64,000 bases of DNA from Lachnospiraceae bacterium (lineage in GTDB: Bacteria; Bacillota; Clostridia; Lachnospirales; Lachnospiraceae): positions 15,951 to 79,950 of the forward strand of contig CAAGPW010000167.1 in assembly GCA_900771955.1 (NCBI GenBank). The letters run 5' to 3'. The notes under the pieces are model-generated. The model made no database searches. It had not been told where the DNA came from and saw nothing but the letters and a program-made list of their open reading frames with translations. The number at the start of each line of letters is the position of its first letter. Within the stretch, counting starts at the first letter, position 1. Shown piece by piece: positions 1-9,095 of the stretch. The translations under genes and the position numbers were made by a program.

Positions 1-874
1 AATAGGTGCTTTTCCCTTCCTGTCTGGATGCATATGCTGTCTGTCCCTCTTTGGTCAGACTGGCCGGTGTCTTCGTTGCAGGCTCTCCCTGTGCCGAGAA
101 ATCTCCTTCGTATGTAACTGCCTGTGAGCTGCGATTATGAAAAGCTTCCGATGCACCATTGCTCAGATCTGCAGTTCCCATGTGTACGGTAAATTTTCCT
201 TCGGGACGATTTCCCGCCGATAACGTTCCCTCATATCCCACATAGGTGCCATCTGTCATGTTCAGGCTTTCACTGATAAAAGCACCTGTCTGCTCCGCAG
301 CACATACATAATACCGGATCTCTGCATCCGTGGTCTGCACATAGAACTGTCTGCCATCCGCAAGCGGATATTCCACCGCGGTACAATGTTGTCCCAGTTC
401 GTCCGACAGAATCGTCATTTTCCACTCTCCTGCCTCTGCCGTTCCGGTATAATTTCTCTGTCCGATCAGAAGATCTGACAGCATCACAGTGTACCAGTCC
501 TCCGTCAGAATGCTGTCTACTGCACTCTCCACATTTTCTTCCGCCATGGCATCCAGCAGGCTCTTAGCCTTCTGCTGCACTTCCTCTGTATCCTGTGCCA
601 GTTCCACCGTAATCTCCGCCAGCTGCGCCTGTCTCTCCGTGGTATAATCCAAACGCTGCTCCCATTCCAAGGCATCCCTCTGTGCCAGCGGACTGTCAGT
701 CTCTGCTTCCGCCTTTGTATCCACAGCATTTTCCTGAACATTCTCTGCAGATGCCTCCGTGGCCTGCTCTACTACCGTCAGGGGCTGTGAATCCTGTGTT
801 CCGCAGGCAGTCAATGCCAAAGGTAACAGCAGGGCAAGAGTCGATGTTGCTTGTAAAATTTTCTTGTTTTTCAT
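1..874 (-). CDS. Partial lipoprotein. The 5' end and signal peptide are present; the gene runs off the window start.
   Basis: Reverse-strand ORF starts at the ATG at 874: MKNKKILQATSTLALLLPLALTACGTQ... The lipobox LTAC and hydrophobic signal region are visible. GC is about 55%, unlike the AT-rich block downstream. The frame was read by eye, so the extent is approximate. Confidence 0.45.
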   Translation of the reverse strand, partial: MKNKKILQATSTLALLLPLALTACGTQDSQPLTVVEQATEASAENVQENAVDTKAEAETDSPLAQRDALEWEQRLDYTTERQAQLAEITVELAQDTEEVQQKAKSLLDAMAEENVESAVDSILTEDWYTVMLSDLLIGQRNYTGTAEAGEWKMTILSDELGQHCTAVEYPLADGRQFYVQTTDAEIRYYVCAAEQTGAFISESLNMTDGTYVGYEGTLSAGNRPEGKFTVHMGTADLSNGASEAFHNRSSQAVTYEGDFSAQGEPATKTPASLTKEGQTAYASRQEGKSTY

Positions 875-1039
875 TCGAATTTTCTCTTTCTGTATTTTGG
901 TTTATATTATTATATCGGCAGGATTGGATCAGTGTATGAGAAGCTGTTCCAATTCTTTGTGTATTGCGTGAATCAGTGTATCATTTATAGAAATTGAATG
1001 CAATGGGCGCGTGTTAAATATTACATTATTTTGTCACTT

Positions 1040-1063
1040 AATGGATAATTCTTAGTTATCCAT
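1040..1063. promoter_or_regulatory. 24-bp perfect dyad aatggataattcttagttatccat, about 40 bp upstream of the GT2 start. Candidate operator or recombination site, copy 1.
   Basis: Seen directly. The half-sites atggataa and ttatccat are reverse complements around a 7-bp spacer. A near-identical copy (23/24) lies at 5401-5424 on the other strand. Confidence 0.4.
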
Positions 1064-1102
1064 CAGTTTTAGTACTAGAGGAAACGAGAGGAGAAATTGA
1101 TT

Positions 1103-2077
1103 ATGAAAATAAGTGTAATTATTACGACACACAATACGGAAAAGTATTTATTAAAATGCATGGATTCCATTATGAATCAAACTTTATCAGACATTGAAAT
1201 TATTATTGTAGATGATGCATCTACAGATGATACCCCCAAAACAGCTTCCCAACTGGCCTTGCGACACAAAAACATCAATTTTTTACCTCTATCTGCCAGT
1301 CTTGGTCCCGGGGGAGCAAGAAATAAAGCACTACAGCAGGCCACTGGAGAATACATATCTTTTATCGACAGCGATGACTGGATAGACTTAAATTATCTAG
1401 AGTTAATGTATAAGAAGGCACAAGAGGTAAATGCAGATATTGCTACTTGCAGTTTAATGCGTGAATACGATTATAATACAACTAATCCTATATATAAGTG
1501 TAAATATGATCAGACATATGTACTTTCTGGCGAAATCGCATTTCGTATTATGACAAACGAATATAATTATGGTATAAAATTTTTACCGTCAGCGTTGAAC
1601 AAAATATATCGGAAAACTTTTTTAACTGATAATTCATTAACATTCCCTGAACATATATTTTTTGAGGATCAGCCATTTTCATATAGCTGTACATTGGCTG
1701 CAAACAAAGTGGTCTGTGTTCCACATGTTGTTTATCACCATTATAAACGTTTAGGTTCTATTGTACAGTCATTTAGCAAAAAAAATATAGACGATATGAT
1801 GACTGCATATCAAATGATTAGAAATTACTTGAAAAGAAATAACGTTTATGAAAAATTCCGTTTTAACTATTATTCCTCTTTAGAACATTTTTATAATTTA
1901 ATTGTCCGACAAATATTTGAGTTTATCTCTGACGAAAATACTAAAAAAGATTATCTCAAATACTCTTTCAACCAATTAAAAAATGTTATTGATGTAGAAG
2001 AATATATCGATTTTTTATCTGCAGAAGAATTACGCAAACACATCCAGCCCAATATCACTGATACTACGATATATTAA
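1103..2077 (+). CDS. Family 2 glycosyltransferase (GT-A fold).
   Basis: N-terminus ISVIITTHNTEKYLLKCMDSIMNQTLSDIEIIIVDDASTDDT plus a DSDD (DxD) motif. RBS GAGGAGAA lies 7 nt upstream of the ATG at 1103 (the ORF track starts at the TTG at 1097). GC is very low (about 30%). Confidence 0.8.
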   Translation: MKISVIITTHNTEKYLLKCMDSIMNQTLSDIEIIIVDDASTDDTPKTASQLALRHKNINFLPLSASLGPGGARNKALQQATGEYISFIDSDDWIDLNYLELMYKKAQEVNADIATCSLMREYDYNTTNPIYKCKYDQTYVLSGEIAFRIMTNEYNYGIKFLPSALNKIYRKTFLTDNSLTFPEHIFFEDQPFSYSCTLAANKVVCVPHVVYHHYKRLGSIVQSFSKKNIDDMMTAYQMIRNYLKRNNVYEKFRFNYYSSLEHFYNLIVRQIFEFISDENTKKDYLKYSFNQLKNVIDVEEYIDFLSAEELRKHIQPNITDTTIY

Positions 2078-2088
2078 AAATAGTGTAT

Positions 2089-2123
2089 ATCCGCATGCTA
2101 TCGACTTAATATAGCATGCGGAT
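2089..2123. terminator. Bidirectional intrinsic terminator between the convergent GT2 and STAND genes.
   Basis: Perfect 13-bp stem atccgcatgctat / atagcatgcggat with a 9-nt loop. It has an A-rich 5' flank and a T-rich 3' flank. The stop codon of the minus-strand gene lies in the loop. Confidence 0.6.
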
Positions 2124-5100
2124 GTCTATATAGTATTTTTCTCTTTGAAGAGGATTTCCAATATAGAACTCCAAATTTTTTAGAGAGAATTCATATTGAC
2201 ATATGTATTTTTTATTATGTCTAATAATTGAAAGATATGTTTCCTTTTCAGAAAAAAATCCAGCTTCTCTTTCTAGTTCATTTAAAGCTGCCTCCTTTTT
2301 GTGATTATACAAGTGAACCAATGCTAAATAAGCTGCTTCAAAAGCAAGTTGGCGTGTTTTCATCGGTCTTTGTGTTTTCATATATTCCAATCTATATTGT
2401 TCACACAATGTTATTTCACCTTTGGATAACGCTAAAAGAGATGTCGCAAAAATGTGCCGGTTATAATCGTTGATAAAGTTTTCTTTTAAAATATTATTTG
2501 CTGCAATAACTTCACTAATATCAGAATCGTTGTTAACACAATCTAGGAATGTCACAGCGAACTTATACATATATTTGGTTTTGGTATCGCAATCCACCCT
2601 ATCTTCTACCATAGTATTAAATTTTCTAAGTAATTTTTCAGCCATCTGAAAATTATTTATCAGATTACATAAAAGCAATCTATACGTTGAAAACGGAATA
2701 TCCTTTTGGAAAAAATTCTCCTTTGCAGGAACTTTGTCCAAGCAATTAATTCCATTTTCGCTGTCAACAAACATCTTTACTGTATTTACAGCATATTTTA
2801 ACGATGGAAGGTCCCAATCAAACAGGATTATCCAATTATGTTGAATATTTGTTGGCATTTTATCAAAGCAAGCTATCTTTTCCAAAGCTTCCTGATATTT
2901 ATCATTCTCATAAAGTGAATTGATCATTTCCCATAATATGATGTAACGAATCTCCATCACAATATGCTCTGATACGAGCTTTGCCTCTGAATATAGTTTT
3001 TCAAATAAATCATATCCAGAAAAAGTGGTGCCTGCATTTGTATTTGCATATGTAAAATAAGCAAAAAATAGAAAATAATTTTGTATACTAATGTTCCTTT
3101 TAAACTGCTCTTTGGCAGATTCTGACAAAAAGATATTTTCCAAAATGTAATATATAGAATAATATTTTTGTTCAGCAAACAATTTTTGTATCTTGTTTAA
3201 TACATCCTCTATAGAGTCATCATCTCCACTTTTAAGTTCAAGTTGTAATTTTAAATGGTAAGCATCTTCAAAAGGAATATGTATGTCATTGTATGGTTTC
3301 AAAGTAAAATGGCTAATAAAAATCTCTCGATAGTATTCATGCCAACACACATAGAAATCATCATTATTCTTTCTTATCAATTCAGCATCTAATAGTAAAT
3401 CTAGCGTTTTTCTGGATTGTGGAATATCATGTAATAAGTTTCGTGATATTCCGGATCTGGTATAGTAAATACAAGAGCAAAGGGCTTCTGCATCCTCATT
3501 TTCTTTAAATATATTATTAAATTTAGATATTATTTCATTTTTTAAAAGTTCACAATGAACGAAAGATTGATATGCTAACTTAAAATCGCTGATACTTTTT
3601 ATGGAATCATTTAATGTTGTCAAATATTTCATAAAATACAATACTTCTATTACAGAACCAAAAAGTACTGTAATATGAGTTGTATCGAAATTAGTATACT
3701 TGTTAGTAAGAAGTGTGCGCATATCATCTTTTGTAACGGTTAACTCAACACTATCAAAAAATTGTCTTTTCCCAATTCTGTATTCTTCCAGTGAAATTTT
3801 CTGATGTGATGTCACAATACAAAAAATAGGATATTCACGACTTATTAATAGCCTAAGCATTTCCCTCAATACACCTTTATATTCTTTTGACAATTTTTGA
3901 ATATCATCCAAAATAATAATACGCGTATTTATGCATTTACTATCTAGGAAAATATCTCCCAATAGTTCTGGGTTTTGACTATATTTTACAAAATCATCAA
4001 TTTCCTTTGAGAAAAAAACAAAATCCCAAAATGTTTCTTTTAACTTCGGGAATTTTTTCCTCAAGTCATTTACATAGTTCAAATCTAAGTCTTCAAAATA
4101 TAAATAAGGAAAAAATAAATGAAATATAACTTTTTTGAGTACCTTTATGTCCTCTATTGTATCTCCTTTAAAAACATATATGTTACATAATATATCTTGT
4201 TTTTCTTCCATTAGCCTACTTATAAACAATTGTAGAACATATGATTTTCCGACCCCAGACTTTCCATATATTGAAGTTAATGAGAATATGCAATCAAGAT
4301 TTTTTCTGTAATCTAACAATTTACTGTATAACTGATCAACCACATTATCTTGGGAAGGAATGTCAAAAAACATATTTGCAGAATTTATAATTTTTATGGA
4401 TTGCGCCGGAATGATTTGTATTTTATTTTTATTTCTATTTTGTCCATTCTTATTTACTATTGAATATGTAATGGATATTGGCTGTAAAGTTTTATATTCA
4501 CCAAACGCATCCTTTTTTTGAATAGGTTCATATGTTAAATTCTCAGGTATAATGACATTAAAAATGAGGGGATTAATTCCTTTTTTTAGATGTAATTCCT
4601 TCGCATTTTCTGATATCAATTGAATATTATTCATGTCGGTCAATACGATATCTAAATCGCTTTGTACTGAAATTGAAAAACATATTTCATATTTAGCCCC
4701 AGTATATATAGTAGATAAGGGTTCTTGAAACAAATTATTTCCAAGGGTATAAAATGAAAGTTCTTCTATGCAATTAAATAGTGGTCTTTCTAATTTGTTA
4801 TATGTCTCTAAAGAACAAACAAACTTAGATTTGAAAAAAGCCTCTCCCTTATCCAAAATCCAATTTTCAAGGTGACTTTTGGTATAAAATTTCACCTCCC
4901 TGCAGCTATCAGAACATAATAGTGCTTCACGTATGTCAGCAATTGTTTTTGAAGCTATTTCTAAATTAGTCACAAAAATAATTTTTGAAATACCACGAGA
5001 TAAAATCGCACTTACAATAGTTGCATCCAGGCGATATCTACTTATTATTTTATTTTCAGAAGTATCAGTGGAATATTTAGCTTCCATCCACCAGACATCC

Positions 5101-5312
5101 ACATTGTTTGCATATCCTACAAATACTGCAAACTCTTGTTTTGGTTTTCCCAAAACTTCTCTGGAAAGAATTGCGTCATGATTTCTGTCTCTGCTCTTTT
5201 TTGTCTGTGCCCATTGGGAGCCATTTTGCGGCTCTTTTTCCGCAACAAACTCAACAGCCAATTCTTCAAATCCTTTGAAACCATTTATCAATTTTTCCCA
5301 TTCAATATTCAT
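2106..5312 (-). CDS. STAND-type P-loop NTPase (NACHT/NB-ARC-like) with a possible N-terminal PD-(D/E)xK (Mrr-like) domain and a long C-terminal helical repeat region. Candidate Avs-like antiphage protein.
   Basis: Walker A IYGKSGVGKSYVLQLF at about aa 350. Walker B RIIILDDIQKL at about aa 465. N-terminal ...NHDAIL...FAVFVGYANNVDVWWMEAKY fits a D...ExK nuclease core. About 600 aa of C-terminal alpha-helical repeats. Very AT-rich. Confidence 0.65.
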   Translation of the reverse strand: MNIEWEKLINGFKGFEELAVEFVAEKEPQNGSQWAQTKKSRDRNHDAILSREVLGKPKQEFAVFVGYANNVDVWWMEAKYSTDTSENKIISRYRLDATIVSAILSRGISKIIFVTNLEIASKTIADIREALLCSDSCREVKFYTKSHLENWILDKGEAFFKSKFVCSLETYNKLERPLFNCIEELSFYTLGNNLFQEPLSTIYTGAKYEICFSISVQSDLDIVLTDMNNIQLISENAKELHLKKGINPLIFNVIIPENLTYEPIQKKDAFGEYKTLQPISITYSIVNKNGQNRNKNKIQIIPAQSIKIINSANMFFDIPSQDNVVDQLYSKLLDYRKNLDCIFSLTSIYGKSGVGKSYVLQLFISRLMEEKQDILCNIYVFKGDTIEDIKVLKKVIFHLFFPYLYFEDLDLNYVNDLRKKFPKLKETFWDFVFFSKEIDDFVKYSQNPELLGDIFLDSKCINTRIIILDDIQKLSKEYKGVLREMLRLLISREYPIFCIVTSHQKISLEEYRIGKRQFFDSVELTVTKDDMRTLLTNKYTNFDTTHITVLFGSVIEVLYFMKYLTTLNDSIKSISDFKLAYQSFVHCELLKNEIISKFNNIFKENEDAEALCSCIYYTRSGISRNLLHDIPQSRKTLDLLLDAELIRKNNDDFYVCWHEYYREIFISHFTLKPYNDIHIPFEDAYHLKLQLELKSGDDDSIEDVLNKIQKLFAEQKYYSIYYILENIFLSESAKEQFKRNISIQNYFLFFAYFTYANTNAGTTFSGYDLFEKLYSEAKLVSEHIVMEIRYIILWEMINSLYENDKYQEALEKIACFDKMPTNIQHNWIILFDWDLPSLKYAVNTVKMFVDSENGINCLDKVPAKENFFQKDIPFSTYRLLLCNLINNFQMAEKLLRKFNTMVEDRVDCDTKTKYMYKFAVTFLDCVNNDSDISEVIAANNILKENFINDYNRHIFATSLLALSKGEITLCEQYRLEYMKTQRPMKTRQLAFEAAYLALVHLYNHKKEAALNELEREAGFFSEKETYLSIIRHNKKYICQYEFSLKNLEFYIGNPLQREKYYIDIRMLY

Positions 5313-5400
5313 TCTATATACATACTCCCATTTCCATAAACAATTGAAAAAATACGACTGATATTACGGGATTATCCATTAACGTTCTCAAAGTGAAGTA

Positions 5401-5424
5401 ACGGATAACTAAGAATTATCCATT
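5401..5424. promoter_or_regulatory. Second copy of the 24-bp dyad (aatggataattcttagttatccgt on the minus strand), about 90 bp upstream of the STAND gene start. An extra half-site attatccat lies at 5371-5379.
   Basis: Seen directly. 23/24 identical to the 1040-1063 copy. The AT-rich segment ends at about this position. Confidence 0.4.
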
Positions 5425-5427
5425 ATT

Positions 5428-7230
5428 TTATACTAATTTCGCCGCTAAATTCCGTAAAAATCTTTTCTGTTCCGTCATTTGCTCCCGGGCTATCACTTCA
5501 TCTGTTTTTCTTAACAGTTGACGCCCCTGCTCCAGCAGTTCCGTATTTTCCTGTTCGGCTCCCACTACTCTATAATAAATCACTTGATACAGCAGAGAAT
5601 TGATAACGCCATGCAGTGAAGAACCTTCCATATAATTATTTTTTGCCTGCAGAATATATCTGAGCGCTTCTTCCTTCCGGTCATAAATAAGCAGTTCTAT
5701 AACTCCCAGATTAATATAAGCCACATTGATCTCATCCAGTTCCACTGTATACTGGGCTCCCGCTTCACTAAAGCGCTTCCATAGATCCCATAGATCCTGC
5801 AGTTTTTTTCTATATAAAACTTTGAAAACCTGAAAAAACATACGGCTGCTATATACATATACCGTCAAAATCATTTTTCCAATATGATTTAAAGGAGTAA
5901 TGCAGTCCCAGCCTACGATTTCTTTCGAATCCAACGCCTTAAGCATGTGTTTCCGGTATTTATAGAATTGCAGCCACTCTGTAACTGCCCATCCGTATTT
6001 CTTATCTGCAACCCATTTGTCGGATCTGGCCAGCGCGGTTTTGTTGATATGTACATAAAAATGCTGGATATTCTCCTGCCGGTTTGCTCTGACACAGTTC
6101 TGAAAACCATAGTACCCAAGATATTGATTTGTGCCCTCTGGATCCATCAGGGAGAGTAACCGTTTTGTCCATCCCTCGTCGAATACCTCCTCAGGATTTA
6201 TGCCCAGCAGAAAAAGTGTGGCTAATATGCTTGCCTCTCTGAATTGTTCCGGGTATGGGCGGATGCTTTTCTCCAATCTATCTACCCAGCAAAATTTTTC
6301 TTCCTCTTTTATGTCCTCTTTAGCAATTCTCACAGAGAACAGTTCTGACAATTTCTCAACAAAATGTTCCGTTTGGGCCTTTACCGTATAGTTCTCCGCA
6401 AAACAACCTGTCAGCGTTTTCTCATTACTCCATGGATCCATAATCTCCATCTTATCGTCAAATCCATGCCGCACATAGATTCCCATGGAGGTATTGTTTC
6501 TGGAAATGCTTTGAAAAAAAGGATTTACATCTAAATAATCCCCTCCGCCATATCCTAAAAAAACGAAGCAATGTTTCTTCTGTATCCATCCTCTCAGTGT
6601 CTCCACAAATTGTTGTTTCAAAGGAATCTTTACTGTGGAAAGTGTTGCTCCTATTTTGGCAATATCCGTAGCGATCCCGTGAATATAGTATAGCTGTCCG
6701 CTCCCTGCGAAATCGCTTCGAAAGGTATAGATCCCTTCTCTTTGTTCCTCGTACAGTTCATAACCATCTTCAAAATACAGATTCTTGTACGCCTTCTGGA
6801 TACATATATCATAGTTTGTCGTAACTATATTGGCTCCCAAATGCAGCAGTGCCGCCAACATATAATGACAATAATTCGGTGGTGTCTCCTGAAAACTCTC
6901 CAGACCGTGAATTACCGAATACTGATTTTGTAATTCATCTTTTTCGAAGATGCGGAATCCTTCCAGCACCGTCTCCAGTCTGGGAATTCCCGACAAATAC
7001 ACATTTTCATCCATGATCGTCCGAAAGGTCTCCTGAGACTTCCGCCAGTTTTGCAATATCCTTTCCGTATATTTTATCCCACAGGCCTGCTCCAACAGCG
7101 TTTTCGTAAGTTCATTTCCCAACGGCAAACAGGACGGAGTATTGTTGTCAATTCCGGCTCCCACCCAGAAGACCAGTCCCTCCGTCCCATAGCTACTTAT
7201 TTTTTCAAACAATTCTTTTATCATAAGCAT
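5428..7230 (-). CDS. SIR2_2-family (SIR2-like, ThsA-type NADase fold) domain protein with a roughly 330-aa C-terminal helical domain. Candidate defense effector.
   Basis: Hallmark motifs in order: LVFWVGAGID...LPLGNEL, IVTTNYDICIQ, YYIHG, FVFLGYGGGDYLD. GC is intermediate (about 43%). Confidence 0.65.
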   Translation of the reverse strand: MLMIKELFEKISSYGTEGLVFWVGAGIDNNTPSCLPLGNELTKTLLEQACGIKYTERILQNWRKSQETFRTIMDENVYLSGIPRLETVLEGFRIFEKDELQNQYSVIHGLESFQETPPNYCHYMLAALLHLGANIVTTNYDICIQKAYKNLYFEDGYELYEEQREGIYTFRSDFAGSGQLYYIHGIATDIAKIGATLSTVKIPLKQQFVETLRGWIQKKHCFVFLGYGGGDYLDVNPFFQSISRNNTSMGIYVRHGFDDKMEIMDPWSNEKTLTGCFAENYTVKAQTEHFVEKLSELFSVRIAKEDIKEEEKFCWVDRLEKSIRPYPEQFREASILATLFLLGINPEEVFDEGWTKRLLSLMDPEGTNQYLGYYGFQNCVRANRQENIQHFYVHINKTALARSDKWVADKKYGWAVTEWLQFYKYRKHMLKALDSKEIVGWDCITPLNHIGKMILTVYVYSSRMFFQVFKVLYRKKLQDLWDLWKRFSEAGAQYTVELDEINVAYINLGVIELLIYDRKEEALRYILQAKNNYMEGSSLHGVINSLLYQVIYYRVVGAEQENTELLEQGRQLLRKTDEVIAREQMTEQKRFLRNLAAKLV

Positions 7231-7302
7231 TTTCCTATAAAAACATGTTCTCTGTTATTATAATACTACATCTTTTCCGCTTATGGTCTTTCTATTTATC
7301 GG

Positions 7303-8937
7303 CTATTTCTTTCGTTTTATCGAAATTCGTGGTTTCTCTTCATCTTTCTCTACGCTCAGCCCGTCTCTGGCGCCATAATAAAAGGCAATCCACATCAACG
7401 GAATCGTGATCTGCCCCAGGGTTACCGTCATTTCCGCCATTCCAAAGCATGCAATGGCGATTAGGAATACGGCACACTCCCATCGACCCTTACGGCACAT
7501 TCCCAACGCCTTAATCAGACTGTACAAATACATGCCCAGGAACAAAATTCCCACCGGGATTCCATAGCTGTAGGCCATCTGGAGAAACATATTGTGTGCA
7601 TGCTCATAATAGACGTCTTCCGTCAGGTAGAAGCCAAGAAAGAACCGGTTATGCCCTCTCATATTCAGATGATGCAAGAAATACGTGTAAATAATTTTCC
7701 TTGCATCCGTAGATGAATGCAGCGGATCCAGTCCCTCGATGTTAAATGGATTCTCCGGACTTTCGCCCGCACTCGCCTCCTGCGCATGTACCTTCATACC
7801 GCCCAGCAGATCCTGCATTTTCTCCATCATAACATCCGTATCGATTCCAACGATCTCCAGAATCCGGTTCACATCATGTTCCATTACCTCTTCAAATGAA
7901 ACGTATTTCCAGCTATTCCAAGGGTCAAAGGAGCACACGCTGACACCTTCCACGTATTCCCCCTCAAACCAGATCGGATGGTGCAAAATCGTTGGGAGAT
8001 AGCGGATGCAGCCGTAGACCACCGGAAAAGTGATCGTAATGCAAAGAATCATTGCCACACCATGGATCACCAGCCTGTAAAAAGATTTACAGCAAAAAAT
8101 ATCATACGCTACCATCAGAAAGAACCCCGTAACGATCACGCCGAGCAGCGGAGCTCGTCCACCGGTATAGACAATAAAGCTGACCATTCCCGCCGACATC
8201 AAAAAATAGAAACCCCGGATCCACCATTTTTTCTTCTGTTCCACGGCCTTCCTCCACCGGAGTAAAAAGGCACAAAATACAATCATATAAAATAATCCGT
8301 TCTGCGTGGTTCCGGTGTACATGCCCCGATACCGCACGGCATCGTACGGCCGGAATCCAAAGGCCAGGATCTGCTGAATGAAAAACCATACGATAAGTCC
8401 GATGGTCATTCCATTGAATAAATCCTCCGTTCGCTCTTCCGGTATCCCGATCAGGTAAAGTCCGCCGAAGACCAGCAGATACCATAGCGGCAAAATACCG
8501 CCATACACCGATATCTGCATCAGAAAGAACAGCAACACCATACACCAGAAAAACGGCTGTCGCATCTTCTTCCGGATCGCCATTTTCTCGTTCTTACGCT
8601 CTCTGACCATATAGATGATCAGATAACTCCACACCGTCAGATTCAGTACTCCAGAGATCCACTGCCCCGTGTATTTCCAGCAGAACTTTCCCACCACACA
8701 TGCCGCCACTGTCAGCAGTGCGCATACCGGAGTCCAGCGTAAATACACCTTCTCCCGAAATTTGCTCAGATCCATTCCAGGAAGCAGCATAAATGCAATG
8801 ACTACCCCCGTCAGATTTGCAAATATCATCTGTATTTGTCCCAGCGCGCTTCCCCGGCGCTGATCGATCCAGCCCAATACCAGAAAACATACCATGTACC
8901 AGAGAATGTATTTATTCGTCTTCAACCATTGTTTCAT
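7303..8937 (-). CDS. O-antigen ligase/Wzy_C-family polytopic membrane protein with a periplasmic loop domain.
   Basis: About 10 TM helices, with the segment FLQMAYSYGIPVGILFLGMYLYS and a large soluble loop. RBS AAAGGAG lies upstream of the ATG at 8937 (MKQWLK...). The ORF track starts further upstream at 9021. Confidence 0.55.
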   Translation of the reverse strand: MKQWLKTNKYILWYMVCFLVLGWIDQRRGSALGQIQMIFANLTGVVIAFMLLPGMDLSKFREKVYLRWTPVCALLTVAACVVGKFCWKYTGQWISGVLNLTVWSYLIIYMVRERKNEKMAIRKKMRQPFFWCMVLLFFLMQISVYGGILPLWYLLVFGGLYLIGIPEERTEDLFNGMTIGLIVWFFIQQILAFGFRPYDAVRYRGMYTGTTQNGLFYMIVFCAFLLRWRKAVEQKKKWWIRGFYFLMSAGMVSFIVYTGGRAPLLGVIVTGFFLMVAYDIFCCKSFYRLVIHGVAMILCITITFPVVYGCIRYLPTILHHPIWFEGEYVEGVSVCSFDPWNSWKYVSFEEVMEHDVNRILEIVGIDTDVMMEKMQDLLGGMKVHAQEASAGESPENPFNIEGLDPLHSSTDARKIIYTYFLHHLNMRGHNRFFLGFYLTEDVYYEHAHNMFLQMAYSYGIPVGILFLGMYLYSLIKALGMCRKGRWECAVFLIAIACFGMAEMTVTLGQITIPLMWIAFYYGARDGLSVEKDEEKPRISIKRKK

Positions 8938-9095
8938 GTTACAATGCTCCTTTAGTGCCACTTTGAGTTTCAATGTAGAATACATATTTATGTTATATGT
9001 AAGAAATCCTTTTGAAAACATCTTGTTTTTTTATTTTTTTTTGCTATTCTTTTATAAGTAGGCAATAGTATGGTGTCACGGGAGATTAATATACC

